This document shows positions 40,835 through 50,098 of a stretch of 64,000 nt of DNA, piece by piece; position 1 is the first letter of the stretch, and each line of letters opens with the position of its first letter. The notes under the pieces are model-generated. The model was not told the origin of the DNA. It ran no database searches and saw nothing but the letters and a program-made list of their open reading frames with translations. Source of the DNA: a bacterium (GTDB taxonomy: Archaea > Thermoplasmatota > Thermoplasmata > Lutacidiplasmatales > UBA184); contig DAIDCO010000003.1 of the NCBI GenBank assembly GCA_027309555.1, positions 6,737-70,736 of the forward strand, in the 5' to 3' direction. The translations under genes and the position numbers were made by a program.

Positions 40835-42169
40835 ATGGGACCGAACCGTACCCCCCGCCTCGTACCCTTCCTCGCCGAGTCCGACGACCGACGCCGCTGG
40901 CACCGGAACGTAGCCCAAGGAAGCCGCGCCACGGCCGACGTCTACGTCCGACGCCTCGCCGCCTTCTCTCGCCTCATGAAAGTCACACCAGAGGCTTTGG
41001 CGCGCATGAGCGACAAACCGCTCCGCGACCTCGTCATGGACTTCGTCGAAATCGAGTCGAAGGCCAAGCACGCCGGTTCCTACATCCACAGCACCGTCAA
41101 GGCCGTCAACTCGTGGCGCAAGCACAACGGCCGCCTCGCCGTGACCGGCGTGAACATCCGGGGTCGGGAATCCACTCCCACGCTGGTCGACGAGATCGCT
41201 CCGTCGCCCGGGCAGGTACGGACCGTTCTCGCCCGGGCTCCCCTGAGGGACCGGGTGACCTGCGCCCTCATGGCCTACAGCGGCGTCCGTCCCGAGGTCG
41301 TCGGCAACTACCTCGGCGACGACGGTTTCACCCTCGGGGATTTCCCCGAACTCGACCTCTCGGGCAGCGAGCCCAAGTTCCGGAAGGTTCCCGCTCTGGT
41401 GGTCGTCCGCGAGTCGCTCTCCAAGGCCCGGCACACCTACCTCACCTTCGCCCCGCTCCCAACGTGCAAGGCGATCGAGGACTACCTCAAGCTCCGGATC
41501 GCTCAAGGGGAGAAGCTGACGCGGGCGAGCGACCTCGTGAGTCCGGGACGGGGGCGGAGACCTTTCCTGCGGACGATGAACGTCAGCGGGGCGGTGCGGG
41601 CCGCGTTCCGGTCGCTCGACATGAAGGACCGGCCGTACGTTCTGCGGGTATTCTTCGAGACCCGCCTCGGCGTCGCCGAGGGCCAGGGGAAGGTCGTGCA
41701 TCGGTTCGTGGTTCACTGGGGCGGCCACACCGGCGACATCACCGCGCGCTACTCGCTCAACAAGAACCGCCTGCCGGGGGACCTCGTCGAGGAGATGCGG
41801 GAGGCATACCGACGGTGCGAGCCGATCCTCACGGGGGAAGTCGCCTCGGAGGGTGACGTGCGCCGCGAGGTCGCGCGGGTGCTCTTGGGATCCCTTGGGT
41901 ACTCCGAGAAGGAGCTGGAAGGGGTCGACCTGTCGAACCTCGAGCAGGTCCGGGCGCTCACCCAGAAGCGTGTCGCCCCGACCCCCAAGAAGCAGGCCCT
42001 CGTCCGCGTCGACGAGTTGCCCGGGTATCTGGACGCGGGTTGGACCTTCGCGGGAAACGTCGGTCAAGACCGGATCCTCCTCAACCCACCCGAAGCAGGA
42101 GCAGGACCCACGAGTCCGCCTTCGCCGCCAGTATCGCACGGGGGAGACGGTCCGGTTCCCCCTCGATGA
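40835..42169 (+). CDS. Tyrosine recombinase/integrase
   Basis: SGVRPE (R), PYVLR (Y-x-x-R in place of H-x-x-R), WGGH..ITARY (catalytic Tyr); SAM-like N-terminal region. Confidence 0.88.
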   Translation: MGPNRTPRLVPFLAESDDRRRWHRNVAQGSRATADVYVRRLAAFSRLMKVTPEALARMSDKPLRDLVMDFVEIESKAKHAGSYIHSTVKAVNSWRKHNGRLAVTGVNIRGRESTPTLVDEIAPSPGQVRTVLARAPLRDRVTCALMAYSGVRPEVVGNYLGDDGFTLGDFPELDLSGSEPKFRKVPALVVVRESLSKARHTYLTFAPLPTCKAIEDYLKLRIAQGEKLTRASDLVSPGRGRRPFLRTMNVSGAVRAAFRSLDMKDRPYVLRVFFETRLGVAEGQGKVVHRFVVHWGGHTGDITARYSLNKNRLPGDLVEEMREAYRRCEPILTGEVASEGDVRREVARVLLGSLGYSEKELEGVDLSNLEQVRALTQKRVAPTPKKQALVRVDELPGYLDAGWTFAGNVGQDRILLNPPEAGAGPTSPPSPPVSHGGDGPVPPR

Positions 42170-42389
42170 GTAGGCGGACCGGGTCTCCGGACGGGAGGTG
42201 CCGCGCCACTCCCTTCAAGGGACGCAGATCCACGAGGTCGTCGAGGGACTCTCTGGCGACAGCATCCCGTTCGTCCGGCGCCGCGCTCAGGGCCTCGGTA
42301 TCGGGGTTGCATTCCGCGTGGACCCCCGCCAAGACACCGGGTTGCCGAATCGAAAGAGGACTGGTAGGAGATCGAATGGCAGCGCTCAC
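42081..42389 (-). CDS. Hypothetical protein
   Basis: GTGA coupling to the bet-like stop; overlaps the integrase 3' end. Confidence 0.4.
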   Translation of the reverse strand: MSAAIRSPTSPLSIRQPGVLAGVHAECNPDTEALSAAPDERDAVARESLDDLVDLRPLKGVARHLPSGDPVRLLIEGEPDRLPRAILAAKADSWVLLLLRVG

Positions 42390-43213
42390 TCCTTCCCCTC
42401 CGTCGGAGCTTCCTGCTCTCCGAAGACCCCAGCGAGCTGGAGCGGGAACGCGGCCCGGAGCGCTCGCTCCTCCGCCGCCTTCCGGAGCATCGTGATAGGC
42501 ATCTCGACCCACGGCCTCGTGGGTTGGCCGTCCTTGCGCTTCCGGACCGCTTCCTCGAACCAGACCTCCTCCACCAGCGGACGGCTCCAGTCTTTCCGGT
42601 GGACCCGACAGACGGCCTTGACGGGCTTCTCCGGACCGTCGGGCCCCTTCGCGAGCTCTACGCCAATCTCCCGTCCGTCGTACTGGCCGCTCCGCTCGGC
42701 GACGGCCCGCATCCCGTCGATGCCGACAAACGGATGGATCTTGTCCGCGGGATCAAACCGTAGGAACTTCACCTGGCCGAGCCAAACGTCGAGCCCGATC
42801 CGTCGGGCTACCTCGAGCCCGAACGCGATCTCGTCCGCGGTGGAATCCGGGGGGAACCGGCCGGCCGAGCGGAGGACCGCGACCTGCTCCGCGGTAAGTC
42901 CACCGCAGGGTCGTACGCGTAGGTCGGAGGCGGAGCGGAGTGGCGGGCTCCCGGAATCGGGAGAAGAGACCGGATTCGGCTCCGAGGGGGGTACCGGGGG
43001 CAGTCCTGCTTCTTCACGCGCCCTCTCGAAGCAGACGGGCTCGACTCTTCTCCCACGAGATCCGTCACCGTCACCCAGGACGTAGACCGCGCCCGTCGAC
43101 GACCGGGGGACCCTGCGGCCGCAAGCCGCACACTCATACGATCGGTGCCCGCGGTAAACCGAGTAGGAGAGTCCCTCCTCCGAATCGCCCGAGGGCAAGT
43201 CTCTACCGCTCAT
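42386..43213 (-). CDS. Bet/RecT-like single-strand annealing protein with N-terminal Cys motif
   Basis: ARRIGLDVWLGQVKF, VGIDGMRAVAERSGQYDG, WVEMPITMLRKAAEERALRAAFP; N-terminal CAACGR. Confidence 0.85.
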   Translation of the reverse strand: MSGRDLPSGDSEEGLSYSVYRGHRSYECAACGRRVPRSSTGAVYVLGDGDGSRGRRVEPVCFERAREEAGLPPVPPSEPNPVSSPDSGSPPLRSASDLRVRPCGGLTAEQVAVLRSAGRFPPDSTADEIAFGLEVARRIGLDVWLGQVKFLRFDPADKIHPFVGIDGMRAVAERSGQYDGREIGVELAKGPDGPEKPVKAVCRVHRKDWSRPLVEEVWFEEAVRKRKDGQPTRPWVEMPITMLRKAAEERALRAAFPLQLAGVFGEQEAPTEGKE

Positions 43214-43449
43214 GTCGGGTCCCTCCGGCAGGCTCCGAAACGGATTCCCTCGGCGTGACGGACTCGGAAGCACTCCCCCGACTCCGTCGGTTCGTGGCAG
43301 ATCACGCACGAGATCGTCGAGGTCAGGAGCAACTCATGGGCCGACTCAGGATGACCGCAGGCCGGACAGGGGTCGACCTCGCCGTAGGATGGTGCCTCCG
43401 ACCATGGAGGTAGATCGACGGCCAGGGACTCGGCCAGCTCCGCGGTCAT
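43210..43449 (-). CDS. Small Cys/His zinc-binding protein
   Basis: CPACGHPESAH..CVIC..C; coupled at both ends. Confidence 0.65.
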   Translation of the reverse strand: MTAELAESLAVDLPPWSEAPSYGEVDPCPACGHPESAHELLLTSTISCVICHEPTESGECFRVRHAEGIRFGACRRDPT

Positions 43450-43709
43450 CACAGTGCCCTCTCCGGCGACTTCGCGCGCGAGATGTCGAATGTCCGCCGC
43501 TCCTCGAGGATCCGCCGGACCAGCCGGTCGAACGACTCGTAGCCGACGAGATTCCCTTCGGAGTCTACCAAGGGGCGACGGAGCGAAGCGAGGAGGCTCC
43601 ACGTCTCTGGACGGAGGCGGACAATGCCCCTCGGCGATATTGGCCGGATCCTGCCAACTGAACTTGGGCCGGCCCGTGGCGCTGCTTCCCCGAACCCCTT
43701 CGTCCGCAT
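43449..43709 (-). CDS. RHH-like DNA-binding protein
   Basis: IVRLRPETWSLLASLR..ESFDRLVRRILEE pattern. Confidence 0.65.
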   Translation of the reverse strand: MRTKGFGEAAPRAGPSSVGRIRPISPRGIVRLRPETWSLLASLRRPLVDSEGNLVGYESFDRLVRRILEERRTFDISRAKSPERAL

Positions 43710-43784
43710 CAATTCGCACCTTTCGTTACGAATGGTACGAATACGCACAATCTATAAGTGCCTTCCCCTCTTTATGTAACGTCC
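43710..43784. promoter_or_regulatory. Divergent promoter/operator
   Basis: Palindrome TTCGT-T-ACGAA (43722-32), TACGAAT twice (43727, 43736), TCTATAAG TATA-like box (43751). Confidence 0.65.
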
Positions 43785-43991
43785 GTGACGACGACCGCCC
43801 TGCCCAAGCCCAAGAAGAAGATCCTCCCGAAGGTGTCCGTCGCGGGACGAATCGAACGAGGCTACTACGAGGACCTCGTGCGGATCATCGACGGCGACGA
43901 CCACTTCAACCGGATCGGAGACTTCGTCCGAGAGGCGGTCTTGGAGAAGATCGATCGGTGGAAGAAGGAACATCCCCGTGGTCTGTCGTGA
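43785..43991 (+). CDS. CopG/RHH transcriptional regulator
   Basis: KVSVAGRIERGYYEDLVRII..FNRIGDFVREAVLEKI. Confidence 0.8.
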   Translation: MTTTALPKPKKKILPKVSVAGRIERGYYEDLVRIIDGDDHFNRIGDFVREAVLEKIDRWKKEHPRGLS

Positions 43992-44015
43992 GCCTTTTCC
44001 TAACGAACCCTAACA

Positions 44016-44212
44016 GGGGCCGCCCCTTCGGGGAAGAAGAACCGAGATATCGGGGATCTCGACCCCAGAAGGTAGAACCAATTTCAACGGGCTTGGAGTA
44101 TCCGAGGCGGCCCCATCTATCGCTTCGGTTCCGCCATCCCACAGGACGGCCCTTGCCACCGCGGCCGATAGCCCCGTCCTCCCGTGGTATCGCAGCTCGA
44201 GAACTTCGAGCT
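44016..44212. other. Multi-hairpin non-coding structure (ncRNA or origin candidate)
   Basis: GGGGCCGCC/GGCGGCCCC (44016-24/44106-14), AGGACGG/CCGTCCT (44143-49/44174-80), AGCTCGA/TCGAGCT (44194-200/44206-12). Confidence 0.45.
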
Positions 44213-44458
44213 TCCCAGCGAGCGGCCCAACCACGCTCGCTTGCGCGGTTGCCCAAAGGTGTACGTTGCGGCGAAGGGCAGCCTAGCGGCAGAGGATGAT
44301 ACTGATCCCGGAAAAACCCAAATGAGCAAAGCTCGGTACTTCACACAGGACTCGCTCTCAGTATTCGGGCGAGCCTCTCGGGTGGCAGGGTGCGGCGACT
44401 GCGTCAATCGAACCGCACCATTAACCACTGAGGCGTAGCTCCGTAATGCGACAGCGCG

Positions 44459-45565
44459 ATGCCTAACACTGACGAGACTGTGTGGGAGATGGAACCGCAC
44501 ACGGGTTCCAAGCACGACATTCTCCGTCACTATCTGAATCGCTGGCTTCCGATCCTCGGAAAGCGGAGCACGACGATGAACTACATTGACGCATTCGCGG
44601 GCCCCGGAATTTACAAGGGGGGCGAGCCCGGGAGCCCGGTAGTCGCGATTGAAACCGCCCGAACCCACGTCATGCGACCAAAGGGAAAGGTGAATTTCCT
44701 CTTCATTGAGAAGGACGGCGAACGAGCTCGGGTCCTCAAGGAGCAACTCGCCAGTCGTTTCCCGGCGGGGACCCTACCCGACGGTTGGAGCTACGCAGTC
44801 GAAAACGGAGAGTTCGTGACCGTAGTGGAGAAAGGTCTCAACGAAATCGAGGCCCAAGGAAACCACCTTGCTCCGACGTTGGCGTTTCTCGACCCGTTCG
44901 GATTCTCGGGACACGACCTCCCCATGTCAACGGTCGGAAGGATTCTCAAAGCCCCCCGGTGCGAGGTGTTTGTTACCTTCATGGCAGGGTTCGCCACCCG
45001 GTTTCCGGAGGTCGTCCCGCCTGACACTATGACGAAGCTGTTCGGCGACGAGAGGTGGCGCGGTGTCGTCGACCTCAAAGGCGAGGCCCGTACCGACTTC
45101 CTCCTTGCGACATACGAGGGGTCGCTCAAGACAATCGCTGGAGCCAAGTTCACACGTAGCTTCGAAATGAAATCCTCTGACGGTCGCGTGATCTACGACC
45201 TCGTCTTCGCGACGAAGCACCCCAAGGGACTCGAGGCAATGAAAGAGGCCATGTGGGAGATTGACCCGCGAGGCACCTACACCTTCTCGGACCGCACCGA
45301 TCCAAACCAACGATTCCTCATCGAGTTCGACGGCGGTGTGGAGCCGCACTGGGTGGCGAAGGCCGCGCAGATGCTCCTCGTCCGGTTTTCTGGCAAGACC
45401 ATCTCGAGGAGAGCCCTTTGGGAGTATGTCGTAGTCGACACTCCGTTTCCCGACCGCTCCTCAGTCCTCAAGCGGCTGGAACTCGATGGCAAGCTAACGG
45501 TCTCGGGGCGACAGAGAAAACTCAGCTACCCCGACGGGTGTACGCTATGCTTCCAGCCCTCTTGA
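44459..45565 (+). CDS. tcmP: Three-Cys-motif partner protein (SAM-binding Rossmann fold + wHTH)
   Basis: HTGSKHDILRHYL, YIDAFAGPG, GSPVVA, FLDPFG, LVFATKHPKGLEAMKEAMW; adjacent to DUF5131. Confidence 0.88.
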   Translation: MPNTDETVWEMEPHTGSKHDILRHYLNRWLPILGKRSTTMNYIDAFAGPGIYKGGEPGSPVVAIETARTHVMRPKGKVNFLFIEKDGERARVLKEQLASRFPAGTLPDGWSYAVENGEFVTVVEKGLNEIEAQGNHLAPTLAFLDPFGFSGHDLPMSTVGRILKAPRCEVFVTFMAGFATRFPEVVPPDTMTKLFGDERWRGVVDLKGEARTDFLLATYEGSLKTIAGAKFTRSFEMKSSDGRVIYDLVFATKHPKGLEAMKEAMWEIDPRGTYTFSDRTDPNQRFLIEFDGGVEPHWVAKAAQMLLVRFSGKTISRRALWEYVVVDTPFPDRSSVLKRLELDGKLTVSGRQRKLSYPDGCTLCFQPS

Positions 45566-46273
45566 CTGGCTCGGAAACTCGTTCCAAGTGCGACCGTCCA
45601 GAATACGCCCTGTTCTTGCCTTTTGGACGCCTCCCCATTGCTTGAAGAAGAAGGGGACTGCCTCGCGGCGGCATCGGTTCCTCAGCGTCCTGACCCACTC
45701 CTTCCTCATGGGTCGCGCGTGAGGTCCGCTTTCTCCTCCGACAATAACCCACTGGATCCCGGAGAGGTCCAGTTCATCGAGGGGACCGAGGAGCGGTTCG
45801 AGCGAAAGGAACCGGACGTCAGCGGGGACCTTGCGGAGTTCGTCCGCCCGCCACCCGACGTCCATGTTCTCGATGCTGACTCCCTGCCAGATGTTGGGTT
45901 GCCACGGGAGTGAGGGTCCTACCTCCGCCAACCGCCTCGCGCGTTTCGTCAGAATCTGGAAGACATGCTGGCGGGCGACGACCATTGTCGCGAAGACACG
46001 CCGAATGAAGGTGACCGGCACACGTTCATGGTAGAGGTCGCTCATCGAGTTGACGAAAATTCTCCGGGGCTCTGTCCACGATAGAGGCAACTCGAGGCGG
46101 TCTTCCCAAAGACGGAGGTCGAAGCCCTGCTCAAACGGGTGGCCGGGCACCCCTCGGAAACGCTCCGCGAACCGTTGCGCATAACAGTGTTTACAACCCT
46201 GGCTGACCTTCGTACAACCCGTGACCGGGTTCCACGTCGAGTCCGTCCACTCTATCGAGGAGGACTCGCTCAT
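45545..46273 (-). CDS. DUF5131 / phage Gp37-Gp68 family (radical-SAM-like)
   Basis: SIEWTDSTWNPVTGCTKVSQGCKHCYA, FVNSMSDL, LSLEPLLG, GGESG, FFKQWGG. Confidence 0.95.
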   Translation of the reverse strand: MSESSSIEWTDSTWNPVTGCTKVSQGCKHCYAQRFAERFRGVPGHPFEQGFDLRLWEDRLELPLSWTEPRRIFVNSMSDLYHERVPVTFIRRVFATMVVARQHVFQILTKRARRLAEVGPSLPWQPNIWQGVSIENMDVGWRADELRKVPADVRFLSLEPLLGPLDELDLSGIQWVIVGGESGPHARPMRKEWVRTLRNRCRREAVPFFFKQWGGVQKARTGRILDGRTWNEFPSQSRGLEA

Positions 46274-46396
46274 CCCTCACGACTTGAACGGCACCCTCCT
46301 TTAGGGTTCCGTCCGTACGGTCCCCCGCGAGCCGAGTCGGATCCTGCGGCCCTCCGTGGAAAACTCGATTACCCATGACCCCTACTCCCCCGTGAC

Positions 46397-49294
46397 TTGC
46401 CAGTAAGCGAGGATACGATCAACGACCTCGTCGCGGACTACCTCCGCGGCGAGTTTGACGTGGACATTACAACCCAGCCGACCGGACAGATTCCCGCAGG
46501 CCGGCGGAAGCCCGACTTCGAACTCCACTGGGACGGGAAGACGTACTTCGGCGAGGGCGAGTGGCTCTCGTCGTACGGTCGGGGCTTACAGCAGGCCTTG
46601 GATTTCGGCGAAATCCCCGGGGCCAGTGGCTGGTTCCTGCTCGGGTATCCAGACGAAATCAAGCGCGAGGTGACACAGCGACGCCTTGGGTCGGCCGACC
46701 CGGCAACCCTACTCAGGGGGCTGACATTCCGCCAGTGTCTCCTCAAGGGCCCGGGAACGCCCGCCGACCTTCGTCAGGTTCGCGTAGAAGACCTTCATGC
46801 GTGGATTGGTTCCGTCCTCGCCGCTCGTCCACCTGCCCCCGAGCCCGCCGAGTTCATCCGGCTGATGCACTATGTCGTCGGGAACCTCGCCACGTTCCTT
46901 CCGAAGACGAAGGGAGCGGCACGACTGTTCGAGCATGTCGTGGCTATGATTCCGAGCAAGAAGGACGAGGAGGATGCCGCTCGGACCGGGGCGGCATACC
47001 TCCTTCTGAACCAGCTTGTCTTCTATCGTCTATTGGCCGGGCACACCGAACTGGGGTGGCCTCAGATGGAGGCTCGTTCGGTCAGGTCTCCACTCGACGT
47101 GAAGGTGTACTTTGACCGCGTGATGCAACAGGACTATCACGCGATCTTCAAGACGAACGTAATCGACCTGTTCCCTCAGCGCGCGTTCCCGTTCATCCAA
47201 AGCCTCATCAAGCTCGTCTCGGAGCTTCAACCCGAGGCGTTCACACGGACCCTCCTCGGGACGATTTTTCATCAACTGATCCCCGAGCCGGTTCGAAAGC
47301 CGGTCGCTGCCTTCTACACTCAACCACCAGCGGCCCGCCTTCTAGTCGGACTTGCGGGTGTTCATGGGTCCGATCGAGTTTCGGATTTCGCCTGCGGTTC
47401 GGGAACTCTCCTCGTGGCTGCCTACGAGGCGAAGAGCGAGACGGACTCCCGACCGAACTCTCAGTCGCGTCACGCGACGTACCTTGAGCAGGAGTTGACG
47501 GGAATCGACATCATGCCGTTCGCCGCGCACTTGGCCGTCGTCCAACTGGCCCTGATGAATCCCACTCAGTGGACGAACCGGGTCCAGGTCGCGGTCGACA
47601 ACAGCCTCGAAAAGCGGGTTGGCGACGTCGTTCGTTCCCTCGAGCGTCACGCGGTCTCCCCGCAGACTCGACTCTCTCACTTCGCTGAGGAACCGGAGGA
47701 GCGGGCTCGTACGGTCCGCGGGGCCGTTTCTACGAATGGGGCGGGGGCTCAGTTCAAGCTTGTCCCGCCTCAGGTCGTACTGATGAATCCACCGTTCTCA
47801 CGGAAGCAGTTCATCTCGAAGGAGTACCGGAAGGAACTGGCGACGAGCTTCACGGACGAGGCAAAGTTCCACCGAAACGACATGGGCTACTGGGGGTACT
47901 TCGTCCTCCTCGCCGACCGGTTCCTTCCTGACGGAGGAAAGCTCGCACTCGTCATCTCGGCAGCCCTGCTCCGGGAGGGGAGTTCCGCAAGCATCCGGGA
48001 GATGCTCCGAAGCAAGTATCGCCTAGACTTCATCGTAATGAGTGCGTCTCGGACCGCGTTCAGCGAGGACGCCTCGTTCCCCGATTTCTTGCTCGTAGCG
48101 ACGAAGACGGCCGACCGGTCCAAGCCGTGTCGAGTCGCGATGCTTCACGCTCCCCTTGAACTGGAGGGGGTCGATTGGATACGGACCCGAATCGAGAGCG
48201 GAGAGGGGGCTCCCGAAGTCGCTGTGGCTACGCTTGCTCAGGACCGATTCGCCGCTGACGATTGGCTCCCGCTGGTCCCCGGTGCGGTTCCGGACGAATC
48301 TAGTATCCTTCTCCCCAAGACGGCGCCAGTTTGCAAGTTGGGTGCCGTGTCCGGCCTCGGTCTGATTCAGGGAATCCGGATGGAATCGGGGAGCGAGTTC
48401 GCGAACCCAGCGGACATGCTCGTCTCTTCCGAGCGAAGTTACGAGTCGCGAGCCGCCTGGAAGACAACGAAGGAGGACGCCCGGGTTGTCGTCGCATACA
48501 ACCCAGAGGGGGCGCGGGAGGTCACGATTCCACGGCACGCCCTTCTCCCGGCGCTGAGAACGATCTCAGGAAGCCGACGACTCGAAGTCAAAGGACGACC
48601 TCCTGACTATGTTGTCGCGGAGAGGTTCCCCCACGACACCGAGTTCTGGGTGACGAAGAATCCCGAGGGAATGCTCGTCCGTCGTCGTAAGCACTTGCGG
48701 AGTCGCGTGGGGAACATCGTCTTCGGCGGCTATGGCAATCTCAATCTCTCTGCCGAGGGAACTTCGCTTCTCGCAGTGGCCTCGAAGTCGGGAATCGCCC
48801 CGACTTGGAACTGTTGGAGTGTGAAGACTCCCGATTGGGACACAACCCGAATTCTCACGCTGTGGTGGAATTCAACGTTCAACCTACTCTACCTCCTTCA
48901 CCACCGGATGGAGGTCGAGGGTGCCACTATGAAGTGGCGCAAACCGAGTCTCGAGGCAGCCCCTGTCCTCGACATTCGGCAGTTGGACGCAGGGACGAAG
49001 GCGAGGCTTCTCGCCCTGTTTGACCGACTCACCGTAGTCGACTTCCCCTCCATCGCCGAGCAGTACGCCAAGGCGCCCCCCCAAAGGACGGAACTCGACT
49101 CCGAAGTGGGTCGGGCTCTCGGGATTGCCAAGGAGGAACTCCCGAGCCGGTTGAATGACCTCTACCGACTCGTCAGCGACGAATTGACTACTCTGAGGTC
49201 TCGGATGAAGGCCACCTCGCTCGCCAAGAGTCACGGACACGTTCGACGCCCCTCGAGCATCGAGGAGCATGTCGACGGCGGGCCAGTGGACTAA
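46397..49294 (+). CDS. Fused restriction endonuclease / N6-adenine DNA methyltransferase (Type IIG-like)
   Basis: N-terminal KPDF..EGE nuclease-like motif; FYT, DFACGSG (motif I), NPPF (motif IV); long C-terminal specificity region; TTG start. Confidence 0.85.
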   Translation: MPVSEDTINDLVADYLRGEFDVDITTQPTGQIPAGRRKPDFELHWDGKTYFGEGEWLSSYGRGLQQALDFGEIPGASGWFLLGYPDEIKREVTQRRLGSADPATLLRGLTFRQCLLKGPGTPADLRQVRVEDLHAWIGSVLAARPPAPEPAEFIRLMHYVVGNLATFLPKTKGAARLFEHVVAMIPSKKDEEDAARTGAAYLLLNQLVFYRLLAGHTELGWPQMEARSVRSPLDVKVYFDRVMQQDYHAIFKTNVIDLFPQRAFPFIQSLIKLVSELQPEAFTRTLLGTIFHQLIPEPVRKPVAAFYTQPPAARLLVGLAGVHGSDRVSDFACGSGTLLVAAYEAKSETDSRPNSQSRHATYLEQELTGIDIMPFAAHLAVVQLALMNPTQWTNRVQVAVDNSLEKRVGDVVRSLERHAVSPQTRLSHFAEEPEERARTVRGAVSTNGAGAQFKLVPPQVVLMNPPFSRKQFISKEYRKELATSFTDEAKFHRNDMGYWGYFVLLADRFLPDGGKLALVISAALLREGSSASIREMLRSKYRLDFIVMSASRTAFSEDASFPDFLLVATKTADRSKPCRVAMLHAPLELEGVDWIRTRIESGEGAPEVAVATLAQDRFAADDWLPLVPGAVPDESSILLPKTAPVCKLGAVSGLGLIQGIRMESGSEFANPADMLVSSERSYESRAAWKTTKEDARVVVAYNPEGAREVTIPRHALLPALRTISGSRRLEVKGRPPDYVVAERFPHDTEFWVTKNPEGMLVRRRKHLRSRVGNIVFGGYGNLNLSAEGTSLLAVASKSGIAPTWNCWSVKTPDWDTTRILTLWWNSTFNLLYLLHHRMEVEGATMKWRKPSLEAAPVLDIRQLDAGTKARLLALFDRLTVVDFPSIAEQYAKAPPQRTELDSEVGRALGIAKEELPSRLNDLYRLVSDELTTLRSRMKATSLAKSHGHVRRPSSIEEHVDGGPVD

Positions 49295-49401
49295 CCGCCT
49301 GTGAGAGTCAACGCCGTCTGTCGACCACTCAACGGATGATACGACGTGCAGAGCCCACGCCTCCGCCTCATTAATGGGACGCTTCCGGCTCAGGGGAGTA
49401 C

Positions 49402-49605
49402 ATGCGGATGGCGGAGGCCGTCGCAGTCGGGCTCGTGACGGCCTTCTGGATACTAATCGACCTCTGGCTTCTGCTCAATCCCGACATTGCGGACGGTCTT
49501 GCTGGGAATCTAGGCACGTCCGCGATCGTCCTCGAATTGGGTGTCCTACTCCTCGGAGGTCTTGCCACATGGACGACACACTGGGCGGCCGAAAATCTGG
49601 ACTGA
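49402..49605 (+). CDS. Small 2-TM membrane protein
   Basis: Two hydrophobic helices; GGAG upstream. Confidence 0.5.
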   Translation: MRMAEAVAVGLVTAFWILIDLWLLLNPDIADGLAGNLGTSAIVLELGVLLLGGLATWTTHWAAENLD

Positions 49606-49711
49606 ACTACGGGTCGGCCATTCTCGGTGGGAAACTACAACTCGCAGAGGTCTCTTGGTCCCGCAACGGCCCAAGCTCGCGGGCTCGAACTGCCATGAGT
49701 CCGCCATTGAT

Positions 49712-49933
49712 TCAGGCCCCCTGCTTTGAGGAGGGGCCCCTCGAAGCCGTGGCGTGAACGACTCCGATCGCCTCGCGGAAGTCTCGGTTCTTCCGTTCTC
49801 CCGTCTCCCGGAGCGCCGTCTCGGCGAGTTTCTTGAGATCCTCCGGGACGTCCCTCCTCGACTTGATCGAGTCGTAGAACATGAGGGCCATCTCTCTCGC
49901 GCCGTCCCAGTACTCCCTATCGAACCGATTCAT
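49712..49933 (-). CDS. Small hypothetical protein (MNRFDREYWDG...)
   Basis: AGGTG upstream; helical charged composition. Confidence 0.55.
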   Translation of the reverse strand: MNRFDREYWDGAREMALMFYDSIKSRRDVPEDLKKLAETALRETGERKNRDFREAIGVVHATASRGPSSKQGA

Positions 49934-50098
49934 GATGAACCACCTTCTGGGACTCGGATTGTATGCGCGGGCGCATATCACCCACACCGGGAGTTCCTGA
50001 AACACCTCCCCCGTCAGCGCATCCGAGCCTGTCGAGGGGGTCCCGTTTCAGGCCCGGCTCCATTCGAGCCCAGCCCCCTTGGAAGCCTACTCGACGTT

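Noticed and set aside
37808-42139. 1443-aa minus-strand ORF and similar long ORFs (6002-7636, 52073-54250, 56012-57856)
   Set aside because: Antisense shadows of motif-bearing genes in high-GC DNA; Arg/Gly/Pro-rich with no family motifs.
44016-44114. tRNA or tRNA fragment (GGGGCCG/CGGCCCC acceptor-like stem)
   Set aside because: No D-arm, anticodon arm or GTTCRA T-loop on either strand.
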